The notes under the pieces are model-generated. The model did not search any database, was not told where the DNA came from, and saw only the letters and a program-made list of their open reading frames with translations. The position numbers were made by a program, and so were the translations under genes. Source: Felis catus (lineage: Eukaryota). Taken from it: a DNA stretch of 64,000 nucleotides. Shown one piece after another: positions 24,621 to 38,544 of the stretch (position 1 is the stretch's first letter; the number at the start of each line of letters is the position of its first letter). The DNA lies in NCBI RefSeq assembly GCF_018350175.1, contig NC_058368.1, positions 127,660,001 through 127,724,000 of the forward strand, read 5' to 3'.

Positions 24621-24680
24621 AGGAAGGAAGGAAGGAAGGAAGGAAGGAAGGAAGGAAGGAAGGAAGGAAGGAAGGAAGGA
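24621..24680. repeat. (GGAA)n tetranucleotide repeat in a purine tract
   Basis: Directly visible. Confidence 0.96.
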
Positions 24681-25029
24681 AATAAAGAAAAAAGGGAGAA
24701 AAAGAAAGGGAGGTAGGGAAGAAAGAATAAAGCTTTGACTTCTATTTGACACTCTCCATACAAAGAAAAACATCTCAATGTTTCTCAGTTTTACCTTGGC
24801 CTATCATACAAAATAAGTATATTTCATAGACATTTGGATATCTGACAGGTGAATGCTGTGCTTATATACTTGTGAAGCTGCTAAGACTAACCTTGGCATT
24901 CCTTCTTGATGTCCTCATAGTTGAACTCTGAACTCTGGTGGGTTGCTTGAAACAGAGGCACCAAAAAGCCTAGAATCTCCTTCTTCCCTATCTTTTTGCC
25001 TGACATCACATTTAGACTCAATTCCTCAT

Positions 25030-25430
25030 TCTGTGTATCCACATTCTTTGCCATGTAACTTTGGTCAGTTCTCCAACAAGAGTGAGAGAAGCTGCCTCAC
25101 CCCTTGACTTTGCCTCAGCCATGGAATGTTAGGAAATGTAAGCTAAGAACTTTGGAAGAATGCTCATAAGTTAGTCCCCCTTCTATCTTTCTCATTTCTA
25201 GGAGAAGAATAATACCAGGCAAGTCCATGGTAAGAGAAAGGTAAGAGAAAGGTAAGAGAAAGGTAAGAGAAAGATGAATGGAATATAGCCTACACTCAGC
25301 TTGCAAAGATGTTGAGTCTACCTGATACAGAACAATTCACAAGTTCAACATAGATCAAGTGAATATCAGTTGACCCTCAGACTGGCCAGAAATAATGAAT
25401 GACTGTTGTTTCAAGCCACAGTAATGACTA
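25030..25430 (+). mobile_element. MaLR LTR (MLT1-like), degenerate
   Basis: ccacattctttgccatgtaacttt...ccccttgactttg...gactgttgtttcaagccac. Confidence 0.55.
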
Positions 25431-25570
25431 TCTCATGTATCCTCTTTGTGCCTTAATGGGGTAATCTAACAAAATTAGTCAATTTCTCTATGGATATCAG
25501 TCTCAGTGAGAGCTCATAACTTTTTGCCATATGCTTAGTTGAGTGAAAAAAATGAGAGGAAAGGGTGAAC

Positions 25571-25668
25571 TTGTTTTTAAGTTAGCTCTGTGCCCAGTGT
25601 GGGTCTTGAACTCATGTCCTTGAGATCAAGAGTCACATCTTTTACCAACTGACCCAGCCAGGCACCCC
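25571..25668 (-). mobile_element. Short Can-SINE (tRNA-derived head only)
   Basis: gagatcaagagtcac...ccagccaggcacccc; TSD gaaagggtga. Confidence 0.85.
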
Positions 25669-26131
25669 AGAAGAAAGGGTGATTTTTTTATAAGGGTCTT
25701 AATGAGGGACTACTTACTATATGCTGGTTGATACTGAATGCAGGTTCTAAAACAAACATACGAGTACTAAAACAATATAGGAATTTATGCTTCGATGATA
25801 GGCAATAATTGCTACAAATTCATTAGTATTGTTACCTGCTGTGGCAACTAAAAGTATGCTTCTTTAAATTTATAGCCATTATAATCTTTACTAAGTGCTT
25901 GTCTTCCAGTACACATCTTTCATTTCCTGGTAAGAACCAATTCAAGAAAAATTTCAGGCTAATACATGACAAACAAGAACCTATTTGTCAATAATTGCCA
26001 CTAAGATATTTTTTGTAAAGGCATAAGAAGTACATCTCATCTTCTCAGCTTTGCCTTTTCTGCTTCCCAAAGGACAGTTTTATGTTTGATGTCAAAGTAT
26101 GCAGTGCAGGAATAAAGAGGGGACAATTTCT

Positions 26132-26342
26132 TTTTTTTTTTTCAACGTTTATTTATTTTTGGGACAGAGAGAGACAGAGCATGAACGGGGGAGGGGCAGA
26201 GAGAGAGGGAGACACAGAATCAGAAACAGGCTCCAGGCTCTGAGCCGTCAGCCCAGAGCCTGACGTGGGGCTCGAACTCACGGACCGCGAGATCGTGACC
26301 TGGCTGTCGGACGCTTAACCGACTGCGCCACCCAGGCGCCCC
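26132..26342 (-). mobile_element. Can-SINE (young)
   Basis: Perfect 17-bp TSD aagaggggacaatttct (26115-26131 / 26343-26359); CpGs intact. Confidence 0.97.
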
Positions 26343-29109
26343 AAGAGGGGACAATTTCTAATGGACCAATTGTATCCATTCATATTATTTCTACCATCTC
26401 CAACTCTTTCTGTCTCACAAGGTCTCAGACAGAAATCCCTGTTGAGAGGGGTCCAAAAGTAATTCCAAGAAGTTCAAATGACAGCAGGTGTTTTTCCTTT
26501 AGCAATGTCCAAAAAAAAAAAATACTAAGAATATAAGTCATTTATCTTTAAAAGGCAAAATTGCTCTCTAATTTTTTAAAAGCATGTCTAATGATTTTTG
26601 GGGAAAACTTCACATATAAATATAGATGATAAATAGTCAAAGTTTTAACTAAATTTCCTAAAAATGAACTGAAATCATTGTCTTCAGTTTGTGCAAAAAG
26701 AATATGATTTTGTGTTACCTTGGCTGGGTAATAAAATGGTGTGATTCACAGTACCTTGGTAAGATTCCACCCAAGTGAAACACTCATGGAGAGAATAGTC
26801 AGAGTCCAGGGTGACAGAAGAGGATGAGGTCCAGAGTGCAGAGATAAGGTTGATCAGGTTGGGTCTGGGTTCCTAGAAGACTTCAACATTGATGAAGTTT
26901 CAGGCCTGAGCAGATTTACAAACGGGTCCTTTAAAAGTACTATGACCACTGCTAATGATGGGCACGCAAGGACTATGGTTGGAAGGACTACGCATTTGGG
27001 AAGGATGGGAAGTTTGACATTGAACTGGAGCTTACTGGGTCATGAGTTACTCCAACTTGGTAGGCATAATGAAAGTAAGAAAAGTAAAGGATAAACCAGG
27101 GAGAGTTACACACGGTTTATATGGACCTATGGAGTAAGAGGGGGGCTTGTGTTGTGTCCCAGTGATTTGGAAATAATGGGTCACATTTCAAATTTTTTTT
27201 TTAAAAAGACTCTGGTAGCTTTTTACTGTGAGAGCAAAAAGCCTGTGTAAAGGATGCATTAATGGGGATGAGTGTGGGGCCCATGGAGTCAGATGTTTTC
27301 AAGTAGATGGATGCATAAACTTGAAAACTTGAGACACTGAAATAACTCACTTATTATTGATTTGACTTCATACTAATGATGAAATGAGATTTAATTAGGA
27401 GCACTTCCTTCTTAACTTAGAAATTCTACAATAAGGTAGGCAATCATCTTGTTCCATATACACACACTGCACTCAGTATTATTTTTTACTAACTACGTTG
27501 TACAATAAGAAATGATCATTTTACTGACGTTAATAGCTCCTATTGCAGTAATAATTAATAATTAGTTTCATGATGGCATTTGGGTTAATTGCTGAAGAGA
27601 CCATTCTCATGAATCACTTTTTAAAGTATACAATTGTATAATAAAAATAGGTTAAACTCCAGAAGACCACATTCAAACCAGAAACTGAAAATGAAACCTG
27701 GCACTCTCATTTAACTTGCATTTCATAACTTGCATTTCATAACTTGCATTTCATAACTTCAAACATCAAGTTTATATGTAATTTATACCTAACAAGTTAA
27801 ATGTAATTTGCTAATAAAACATAAAGTCAGGGTCCTCCAAAGAATCCCAATATTCTTTTTTATTCTAAATTTATTTTAAATTCAAAAATAAACCTACAGT
27901 TAATTTAGCAACAGTATCAGTAGAAATTTGGGAATCAATTCATTATTTTAACCCCAACAAAAAGTTACTGAGTTGCCTATTTTTTTTTAACAAAGCCCCA
28001 AGTAGCCTTAGTTGGAAGAGTATCCAAACCAATTTGTTAGCTAGCTAATAGACAAAAATACTGAAATAGTAAGTAGGCTTCTATTTCTCAGTAAGGTAAC
28101 TGAATTTCCCATATTCCCCAAACTACCAGTTCAATTCACTACATTAAATCAAGCAACCTTTCAAACCAGCGGGGAAGTAATCAGTTTGAGTGGCTCTTCA
28201 ACAGCACAGAGAAAAATGGAGGGGAGGAGTAACCAAACATTTCATTTCTCAGAACATGTGCATTCTTGTTCCTTGCCTAATGCCTTTCCTTGTCCCAACT
28301 CTTATCTCATAGTGTTGGGCACTGACGCCACCTGGGTGCAAAGGATTGTCCTTGTACTTCTGCATTGTGGTTCCCTGGGCAAGACCCTTGTTAAAAATGG
28401 AGATACTCAAACTTAAGAACTGAAAACTGTGGGTGTGGGGCTCTGAATCTGTAGTTTAAAAAGAAATCTGTTAAAGCTTGGTGAATTGAGGCTGTTTTCC
28501 TGCCAATTAGAGATTTATAAGAAGTAAGAGAACACCTGGCAAAAGCTTGATGAGAACCAGCCTTTGGCAAAACTGTGAAGTAGTCCAAACTTAGCATTTA
28601 TCTCTCAGTTCATTTTTGAGTCTACTTGGTGCAGCTTGCTTGCTCTATTGTTATGTGGGCAGCCCAGTGCTTGTGGCCTCTGTTCTCACTGCCCAGAAGA
28701 CAAGCAGGTGAGCATCCCTGAATGCAATCCCCACCCCTTGAATATAGTCCTCACCTGATCATGCCTTGTGTCCCTGGATGTTTCCAAGACTTTATGTCCT
28801 TAAGCCATCAAGATGATTTCTGTCCTGTTTCTTTACTTCAGGGTCCCTATTCATAATAAGGCTAGCAGTTTTGACCAGCTAACACATTTAACTTAATGTG
28901 AATGGGTTCATTAAGTTTTAATAACATTTAAAGTTTGTATACAAAAGTAATACTTGCTTAAAACATAATTTGAAAACTCAGAACAAAATGAAGGAAAAAG
29001 TCATACATAATCTGACTAGTAGTGAGCATCCCCACTTACCTGACTGCTATAATATGCAGAGTAAATATTCATGTGCTGTGTGTGTGTGTGTGTGTGTGTC
29101 TACAGTATA

Positions 29110-29400
29110 CTGTGATGGTTTAGCTTTCACCTATGGAGTCAGATTTCTTGAGTTTGAATCCTGACTTTCTCATCTTGGGCAAGTGATTTAACTGTCAAGT
29201 GGCAATACTAATAAGAGCTACCCCATGGGGTAGATTTGAGCACAGATGTAGGCACTCTTGGCCACAGGATGTGTTATGGTTAGGGACATGTGCTCAAAGG
29301 TCAGTTGCCTAGATTTGAATCTCAGTTCCATCTTAGCAGATCTAATACTGTGGAAGAGTTTCTTAACATCTCTGTGCCTCAGCTTCCGTATCTGTAACGT
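29110..29400 (+). mobile_element. Two MIR fragments
   Basis: ggagtcagatttcttgagtttgaatcct...ttgggcaagtgatttaac; ctctgtgcctcagcttccgtatctgtaa. Confidence 0.65.
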
Positions 29401-29509
29401 GTGGAACCCAGGGGGCCAAAAAAAAGGCCAAATAATATGCTGCTTTACAGCTTCTGTGTTGTTGGAACTAAAGAGGGCAAGGGAAAATTATGAACTACAG
29501 TCATTTAAA

Positions 29510-29720
29510 TTTTTTAACGTTTAATTATTTTTGAGAGACAGAGAGAGACAAAGCATGAGTGGGGGAGGGGCAGAGAGAGAGGGAGACACAGAATCCAAAG
29601 CAGGTTCCAGGCCCCGAACTGTCAGCAAACAGCTTGATGCAAGGTTTGAACTCATGAACCGCGAGATCATGACTTGAGCCAAAGTTGCACGCTTAACCAA
29701 CAGAGCCACCCAGGAGCCCC
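29510..29720 (-). mobile_element. Can-SINE
   Basis: Reverse body ending cccaggagcccc. Confidence 0.93.
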
Positions 29721-32080
29721 TTGATTTTAGTGATAAGTATGGCATTTCTGTTCTTGGGATCCATGCTTTTCAATACTAGGATCAACTTCTGTACCACTGT
29801 TTTAATTACACAAGAAAAATTTTAAAGTCTACTTGCTCTAGGGAAGGGGACACTGAACTCTCCTCAGTTTCTCAAAGGGATCTATAACCTAAGCAATGGT
29901 AAAACTACTCTAGCACTAGATGATCTTCCTGCAGCAACATTCAATAATTTTAAGTTTTACATTGCCTATTTTGAGAATCTACTCTCTGTTTCAATTTTTC
30001 TGCTAGAATAACATCAAACATACTCTAAATTAGTGTTTCTAACACTAAATTCCATGAGATTCTGTGTTTGGTCACATCCTCACAAATGGACTACCAGAGT
30101 TTAGAACAGTAAACCCAGAAGTATATTTTCTTTTATCAAAGCCAGATATAGTTCTGGCCTGCTATTTATATATCTGAATAATACAATATTATTTTATTGT
30201 ATTAATATTTTGCTGCTTAAACCTAAAACAATATTTTAAAGAAAAATTTTTTATGTGTTCAATATGAAAAATATTCCTGTGGGCTTCACGGTTTATAAAT
30301 CACTATTCCAAATACCACTAGATACCAACTTTTAACTGAGGAGTCGATTGTATTTGTCTTCAGCTTGATAAGAATGAACTTGCCTCTAACAAGACACTCA
30401 AACAACCAGTGGGCTAGTTTTGTTGTAGGCATTATGTTACTTTTGCATAGTTGTACATCCTCCATTGTTGATATGAATTTATCCTTTACAGATGCATCTT
30501 ATTTTGGTACCCATCTCTATCTATTGACCTGAGCTCTGAGGGGAACTGTAACAAATGTTAAGTATCTTTCAGTTCCCAGAGTACTAATTTTTTTTTAGCT
30601 TAGGATTCAATTTTTCCCCCAAAATAACATATGTTTGTTAGAGTGTCGGCATTGTGACGAGGGGAGGCCTTTTGCCAGTCCTTAAAAATAGACATTATTT
30701 TAAAAATATCCCTTTGTGCCACTGATGAAATCCAAAAGAACTTCAAGGATGGAAGGGATGATGTGGTTTAAAAACCCTGAAGGGCTCTCTGCAAGGGTGA
30801 GTCTCTGCTCCTCCTGAAGCATTCATGGCAAGAGCACAGAGTGCAGCCGCATTCTTTTGAGCTGGCAGGGAGCAGAAATTCACCAAAATATCCTCTCTTA
30901 GAGGTTCTTCAGAGAAAGATTTGCTCTCTGTTCAATAACCTCATGGCTCAAGCAGGGTATTCACAGGCTTCAGGTGGACGCACAGGCGGACATTCCCCTC
31001 AGATGTCTCAGATGAAGCCCATGAAGTCCAGAGGATGCTCAGAGAGGGGCAGCTGGGGGTCTGAAGCCTTACACAATTAAAAGCTTTCATCGGACCTGGT
31101 AGAATCTTTATACTGTCAAATGCCCACACAACTCCAAAAATATGACTTTTGCAAGTGAAATTGTAAAATGTGTAGGCTACTTTTTTTTCCTTTGGCTATA
31201 ACCTGAATGTGAAAGAGATTTCCTGCGAATTGATTCTGACAAATGCTTTTAAACACCTGTTTGATCAATCAACACTTTAAAGTATTACCTTTCTAAAAAT
31301 AAGCTCCATTTCCTATTTCACTTGCTCTTCTACCCTCTCACCAATGATTATTCAGTGTTAGCTAATGATTGTGATGAAAGAAGCATTTGTGCCTCGTAAA
31401 CAGCTGAATATGTATAGAACATGTGCCCACCGCACGTCTATGAATGCCTACAGAAGATTGCCCTTTGGATCTGAATGTGTTATTTCTGGTGGTGTTATTT
31501 CCTACGTAGCTCTATGTGAATAACCACCCCCAACAGACTGACAGTACTTTTGTCCGTGTTGTTGCCTGTAGAGCATGCCCTTTGGGTAATGATTACAGCC
31601 ACACCCTGCAGGGCTCACTTCTTTGTAAGGATGGAAAGATGTGGGGTTGCAGGGAGGATGTGCTCATACAAGATGATAACCTGACCTTACTCCCACTAGG
31701 TTCTCCAGTGGAGCTTGCTGAGAGCTGACCAGGATGCTTACAGGCTGCTCCAGAGGACTGTGGTGTCCAGAGCAGCAGCAAACATTGTCACTGAGTGGCC
31801 TGGGAGTTAGCAAGCCCCACTCGAGGTTACCTAACACTCTCGCTCTGGGATAGTCTCAACAAGGAATAACAACAACCTTTTAAACAGGAAGGGGCAGCAT
31901 GCTAAGGCTTTCTATGAAAATGCCTTGTATTCTCTGCTTGTCTTCCTATGGTTGAATTTATAAGATATATTCAAAAATAAGGTAAATGCTTGATGCCCAA
32001 AGTAGGTGGCCTTTAAAACTTAAGGGTGCAATTTACGTGCAAAACACTTTAGAATTCTTCAGAAAATAAAATATAAATGC

Positions 32081-32300
32081 GGGGCACATGGGTGGCTCCA
32101 TCAGTTAAGTGTCCAACTCTTGATCTCGGCTTGGGTCATGATCTCACGGTTCTTGAGTTCGAGCCCCATATTGGTCTCCATGCTGACAGAGAGAAGCCTG
32201 CTTGGGATTCTCTCTCTCCCTCTCTGCCTCTCCCTGACTCATTCACGCTCTCTCTCTCTCTCAAAAATAAACAAACATTAAAAAATATTAAAAAATAAAA
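32081..32300 (+). mobile_element. Can-SINE
   Basis: ggggcacatgggtggctc head, CT tract, A tail. Confidence 0.92.
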
Positions 32301-33400
32301 CCTCCCAATTAAGCTAAAATTGGTGAACTGAAAGGCAGAGGTGTTACTGGGGTTTCTTCATGCCATTTCCTCAGGGTCCTTGCTGGAGCCTCTTGTGGAG
32401 CCAGGAAGAACCTTCCCCCATACCCAACAGCTAAAAGCCAAATCCAAGACAAACGTTACCACAACATTCTGACTAAAGCTCCATAAATCACTTTTTATTT
32501 TGAAACAGGGTGAATATGTTACCTCCAAACAATCAGATCTTTATATTCATATATGAATTTAGAAATTTGACTTCTTTATATTTGGTTTCAGATGGTGGCC
32601 ACCTATTCTAATAACAATGATGATAAACTAGTATTTACTGAGTACTGATTTATGCCTGTGATTTCACGTGCATTATCTGCTCTAATCCTTTCATTGCAAA
32701 GTAAGCTTTGCTATTATCACAGAGGAGGAAACTGAGAATTAGAGAAACAAAGACACACTAAAATCATGTAATTGTAAGGTATGATGTAGAAAATCCACTA
32801 ACTCATTTGGACATGTGTCTGCTAGACCGCACTTTGCCTCCAGCATTGTTAGGTCACCTGGATTGCTTTAAGTGCTTTATATACTCTGAGATACTATAAA
32901 AATGTAATTTTTACTAATAACTTACTGTGAAGCAAGTTTATGAGTAAGAAAGGATACTAAAGCAACAATTCTACTTTCAGTCTTCACTACCTTAGTGATC
33001 ATTTGTGCCATTTATTTAGAGCGGTTGAAAAAGTTAAGCAATGACAGTTAGCTACATTTTGCTAGAAAACCATTCTAAAAACTTGAAGAAGGCAGGACTC
33101 ATATTTATTACTTCTTTTTTGTTTGTTTACTAAAAATCTTATTATCTGAATTCTCTCTGACTATACTTTAGCATTTCACCAGCACCTATGTTATCCAAAG
33201 CAACATTTTCACGTTGGTGCTAAGGCGTCATTGTTGAGTCTCAAAACCACACTGTAGCAAAAGGAATAATGGTGTTTCCATCACAGATGAGAAATGTTTT
33301 TTCTTATCTGTTCCAAATTCCACAGATGTCTTGGGATAAACAGAACCAGAGAGAAACTTTTTATTCCATCACAGATAAAGCCAAGAATGAAAGAGGTATC

Positions 33401-33606
33401 CAGGTCCCTGTGTGGCTCAGTCACTAAAGGGTCAGACCATTCATTTCAGCTCAAGTTATGATATTGCAATGGTGAGACTGAGTCCTGAGTTGGGCACAGT
33501 GTGGAGCATGGAGCCTGCCTAGGATTCTCTCTCTCTCCCTCTCTCTCTCCGGCCCTCCCTCACTCATGTGTGTACACACTCTCTCTCTCTAAAAATAAAA
33601 AAAAAA
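33401..33606 (+). mobile_element. Can-SINE (older)
   Basis: Degenerate head, CT tract; TSD aagaggtatc. Confidence 0.88.
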
Positions 33607-34724
33607 AAGAGGTATCAAACATTTATGTAATTTACATATGAAAGTATAGCAAAGCTCTAGTATCAGCAATATCTCTAAAACATAAATAGCCATTTCTTCC
33701 TTTTGAAACTCTTTCTTGATCTTGAGGTGTCTCTGGGGCACAGATGACAGGCAAAACTGAAATTGTCACGATCTGCTTAATCAAGTGTCTCTTCAACAAT
33801 GTCCGTAGGGAGTCCACAATGTCTAATGAGGTTTTAGGATGATCTGTTAGACTAAGGTTTCCATCAGATACAGAGTTCTTCGTTAATTATGATTCACCCC
33901 TAGAGACCAAGCAGTGTTTCCCTATCTTAAAAAAAAAACCCTCCTAAGTATGTATAAATTCATAAAGTAGAAAGTAAAACCTGACTCCAGTCCTTGAAGA
34001 TAATTTGCAAACTAAAACCAAACCAAATGGCACAGGTCACCTACATCTGGAATCCTAAGGATTCTTCTGCTTTCAGAAGGTCAAAAATGAAGCTGACTTC
34101 ATTAAGACTTGTGGAGAAAGAAGGGCCGGAGGAGAGAATTATGAGATGAGGCCCTTAAAGCTGGGGAAGGTCTTCAAGAGTGCACTCCTGGGACCTGACA
34201 ATGGTTCAAAGATGTTGTATGTGAAATGAGTACACATTTTTGGAAACTAATGGGCACCAGTGAAAAAGAAAAGTACATATTATTCTATTTCCCTTCAACT
34301 GAAAAAACACAAAAATCTCATTCATAAAAAGAAAAAGTTAAAACTATAATTAAATACTATTTGTCACTTATCTAACTGGCAAATAAAACTTTTACAGTGT
34401 GCTATATTATAAAGTAAATTGGGAATAAGTAAAAATAGGAGAGGGAAAATTTGGTAGATTTTTTTGGAGCATAATTTAGTGATACATATCACTTAAAAAT
34501 ATATGATTCCTCTGACTTAGAAATTCCATCACCAAGTATTAATTCTATAGATATACTTACTTTGAATGCACAAGTAATTAAGTAAAAGAATAGTCACCGG
34601 AACACCAGGCAGTGGCAAAAGATGGAAACTTGATCATCCATCAACAGGAAACTAAAGAAATTAATTTTATTTTATCTATACAGTGGATGACACTTCAACT
34701 ATTCAATGTAACAAGGTAGAATAA

Positions 34725-35020
34725 AAACTTAGTTATATGTGGAATTTAAGAAATAAAACAAATGAGCAAAAGAAAAAAAGGAGAGAGAGAGAGATAAAGG
34801 CAAACAAAGGAGCAGACTCTTAACTACAGAGAACTGATGGTTACCAGAGGGAAAGGGGAGTGGGGGATGGGTGAAATAGGCGCTGAGGATTAAAGAGTAC
34901 ACTTATCATGATGAAAAAATAAATAAATAAAATAAAATAAAATAAGATAAGATAAGATAAAATAAAATAAAATAAAATAAAATAAAATAAAATAAAATAA
35001 AATAAAATAAAATAAAATAG
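34725..35020 (+). mobile_element. Carnivore L1 3' end with a (TAAAA)n tail, next to older L1M sequence (~34330-34720)
   Basis: atatgtggaatttaagaaataaaacaaatgagc...agactcttaactacagagaac...gattaaagagtacacttatcatgatg, then (TAAAA)n at 34918-35019. Confidence 0.85.
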
Positions 35021-35304
35021 CAAGTAATGTGGTAGATCTATACATACTGTTGGGAATCAATCTCCTTCCTATACTGTTAAGGAAAATAAGTAAGAATCAA
35101 AATGGGATCTATTAGATCCCAGCATTTAGGTCAATAAATCAAAGTTCTCCATCAGGAAACACATGAATAGAAGTGTCACCTAGAAAGTGTATTTGAGCCC
35201 TGAGAGACTAAGGGGAAAAAACGGATTTACTGTTTATGACTATCTTTTAATACTGAAGATCTTTCTATTCATGTGCTTATATTACTTCTTCAAACAGACT
35301 GACT

Positions 35305-35415
35305 GGGGTGCCTGGCTGGCTCAACGGAAAGAGCATGTGACTTTGGATCTTGGGATTTTAAGTTGGAGCCCCACATTGGGTATAGAGGTTACTTAAAAAT
35401 AAAACATTTAAAAAT
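35305..35415 (+). mobile_element. Short Can-SINE
   Basis: ggggtgcctggctggctca...agccccacattgggtatagaggttacttaaaaataaa. Confidence 0.85.
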
Positions 35416-35526
35416 AAACAAACAGATGAATTAATCTTTTAGAAGACTTTGAAAAGACAGCTATCTAAAAACAGATTGCAAAATCAGGTAAATACGGGTA
35501 CACTGTGTCATTTAGTTGGCTTTGAG

Positions 35527-36168
35527 AAGTGCTTCTCAAACATCTTGGTCTCAGGATCTTTTCACAGTCTTTAAAAACTATTGAACACACAAAGATTTGT
35601 TTGTTTATGTGAAATATTTACCATATTAAAATTTAAACCGGGGGTGCCTGGGTGGCTCAGTCATTTAAGCCTCCAGACTCTTGATTGCAGGTCAGGTCAG
35701 GATTTCACACTTTGGGTGTTTGAGCTCCACACCCAGCTCTGCTTTGACAGTGCAGAGCCTGCTCGGGATTCTCTCTCTCTCCCTTATGCTCCCTTTCTCA
35801 AAATAAATAAATAAATAAAACCTTAATTTTAAAAAAAAAACCTTGAAACTGAGACATTTTATTTATTAGTTCATTTTTAAAAAACAATGAACACATTTTA
35901 TGAAAAATAATGGTTTTTCAAAAAAATTATTGAGAAGAGTGACATTTTTCCATTTTTACAATGTCTAGTTTAATAAAGGACATCTGGATTTTCATCTCTG
36001 TTCCTGTGTTCAATCAGTTGCAATGTGATGTAAGTTAGTACTATGTAGCTTCTGGAGAACACTCCATGGAGAAAATGTAGAGTGAAAAGTTAGTACTATT
36101 ATAACAATACTTATGGTATCATTGAATGCCTAAAAAAGTTCTGAGGACCATGTCTTGAGATCCACTGG
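35527..36168. mobile_element. hAT-Charlie DNA transposon derivative interrupted by a Can-SINE
   Basis: Terminal inverted-repeat-like ends aagtgcttctcaaa / ttgagatccactg. Confidence 0.65.
35640..35840 (+). mobile_element. Can-SINE
   Basis: gggggtgcctgggtggctcag head and aaataaat tail. Confidence 0.9.
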
Positions 36169-38544
36169 TCAGAATAAAAATAAACCATTACACCTGACTT
36201 ACCATGATAGAAAAAAATCACCTTCGTTAGTAGCAATGCACTTTCCAGAACTCTCTAACTCCATTAGTTATATTTGCCTGTGCTAACACAGGTTCATAAA
36301 GCTCAAAGAAGGCAAGAGTGCTTGGAAAATACAAAACAAAACAAAACAAAACAAAACAAACAGTATTCCAGGAACACTGGTTTATCAAATTCAGCTTTCC
36401 AAAGGAGTAATCCTAGTAAAATATTCTTTGTGCAGGATAATTTCCAACACTAGCCAAACAAGATTACAGTTTTGGAAATAAAAATCTAACTCTAACATGT
36501 TAATATATTAAGAAATAGCAAACTTTCCCCGTTCTCCCTAAAACCACTGTCTTCACATTGCTCAATCTGTTTAGAACAAGAACTGTAGCATCTAATAGAG
36601 AAGGCTACAAAGGGTTAACAAACATTATAATTGATGTGGCATTAAATAACAGTAATTTATCCTTCAGCGAAATTTTTATTTGATGTGCGTTATGCTCATT
36701 TACTATACTCTGGTGATACAGTGATGAGCAAAATAAGGTGGCAACTCATCTTCATCGAACTGACGGTCTGGGTGATAGGCATTAATCAAAAAGTCTCATA
36801 AATTGCTAACAATTATGAAATAAAACTAAAGTAAGCTCTGAGAGCACACTATAGGGTCTGCTACCTGCCAAGGTTGGGGAATTAGGTACATGTGCTCAGA
36901 AGAGAATGTCATCTGATAATGTGGGAGATTTCAGATGTCACAGTTAGGTCCGTGTGGTTGAATTCCAGACAGCAATGTCAAGGATGATGTAACATGAAGC
37001 TGACAACATGGGCAGGGAGGTGTTTCATGAAGATTCTTGAATGCCATGGTAAGGATTTCGGTATTTATACTGAGAGCAACAAAGAACTCTGTTGAAAGGT
37101 ATGACAGAACCTTGTCAGAGTTTTATTGGTATGTTTACTAGACACAAAGTAAGGTGGACTTGCGTCCCGCCTAATGATTAGTTTACTTGTAATTCCTGGT
37201 GGAAAGTGAACCTTATCTTTGTTTGTTTGAGGTTCAAAGAATACTCTCAGATCTCAATCAGCAATGTATGATATAACATTCTAGGGTCTTCCCAGAGAGC
37301 TTTACTTGAAATTTGCTTTTCGATGGCTATGAAAACCTTCAGGGAGAAATGTATTTTCAGGACGATTAAGAAACATGTCAATGTTTTTCCAATCCTCTGA
37401 TTCTGAGTTTTATCTAAGAAATCAGTTAATAACCAGAACTATACCTACTGAGACCACAGTAGTTTGGAACCTGAATCACCTACCCTGAGTTCAACTTCAA
37501 TGTTCCAGTTTCCTAACAAGGGCTTCTATAAGAAAATGTCCTATGATAGCTGCATCTCAGTTTCTTGCCAACATGCTAGCATGATAGGCCTATTGTATTA
37601 TCTAGAGTTTTCCATGAAGTCCCACATGGAAAACATTGTTAGAATTGAGTACCTGAAAACATACTGTTCTCCCTAATGCATATATATATATATATATTTT
37701 CTCTAATACATAACATATATTGCATTAATGGGAACAAATTAAATGTCCACAGTGGCCCATCTATAACTGTCAGAGTTAACTTCAATGGCATTAACTACAA
37801 TGACTCTTGTGTTTTTCTTCTTTGCTTCATTCCAATTATATTTTGCTTCTATTACACCAACCTAAAATCTATCTTGTGAACCATCTCTAATGCTTTTATG
37901 TAGTCACAAGTGGAATACATATATACCCACATAGCAAATCTATGCCTTCAGTTCCAAAAAGTTCACCCAATGTATTGAAAGAAACTCAAAAGAGAAGTTC
38001 AATGTGACCATTTCATTATAAACCCCTTTCTTTCAAGCATGCTGGAGTAGGGGGGGAAAAAGGGTTAATATCTATCTGTGTCACACTGTAAGAATAACTG
38101 AATATAAAAGAAAGAATAATAAAGCATGCTTAAGAAGACACTGTGTGTTTACCTTAATGATATAATTTCCATTATAAAAATCAGACTGGTGGCATCAAAC
38201 ATATGGGCCATGGCCTCACTCCAAACTACTGAAGCTCAATCTGGATCACTAATGATTTACTAAAGGCTTACTCACCCCTGCTGCCAAAACAGGCAAAGTA
38301 TATTGAAACGTAACCTCAGAGCCAAATTTAATGCTTTCTCGTCTAAGAAAGGTGAAGCCAGGATAATACACCAGAAGAGAGAGATCTAACAATATGGGAG
38401 TAGAAGACCCTGAGAAACTTCAGGGGGGAAAAAAATCCCAAATAAAAAGGTGAGAGATACGTAGCTGCCACCTATTTTTGGATACTTATAACTTAACCTC
38501 CACACACAAACACATGCTCACATATATTTCATAAACATAGAACA

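Noticed and set aside
25571..25668. tRNA-like sequences (also 35305-35415 and 53441-53530)
   Set aside because: Degenerate tRNA-derived SINE heads with A tails; no intact cloverleaf evident.
25229..27759. Short direct-repeat arrays as possible CRISPR-like structures
   Set aside because: Head-to-tail tandem units with no spacers, in mammalian DNA with no cas genes.
29033..29045. Isolated consensus donor CAG|GTAAGT on the PDE4D strand (similar ATG|GTAAGT near 36200)
   Set aside because: No convincing paired acceptor or reading frame; isolated donors are expected by chance.
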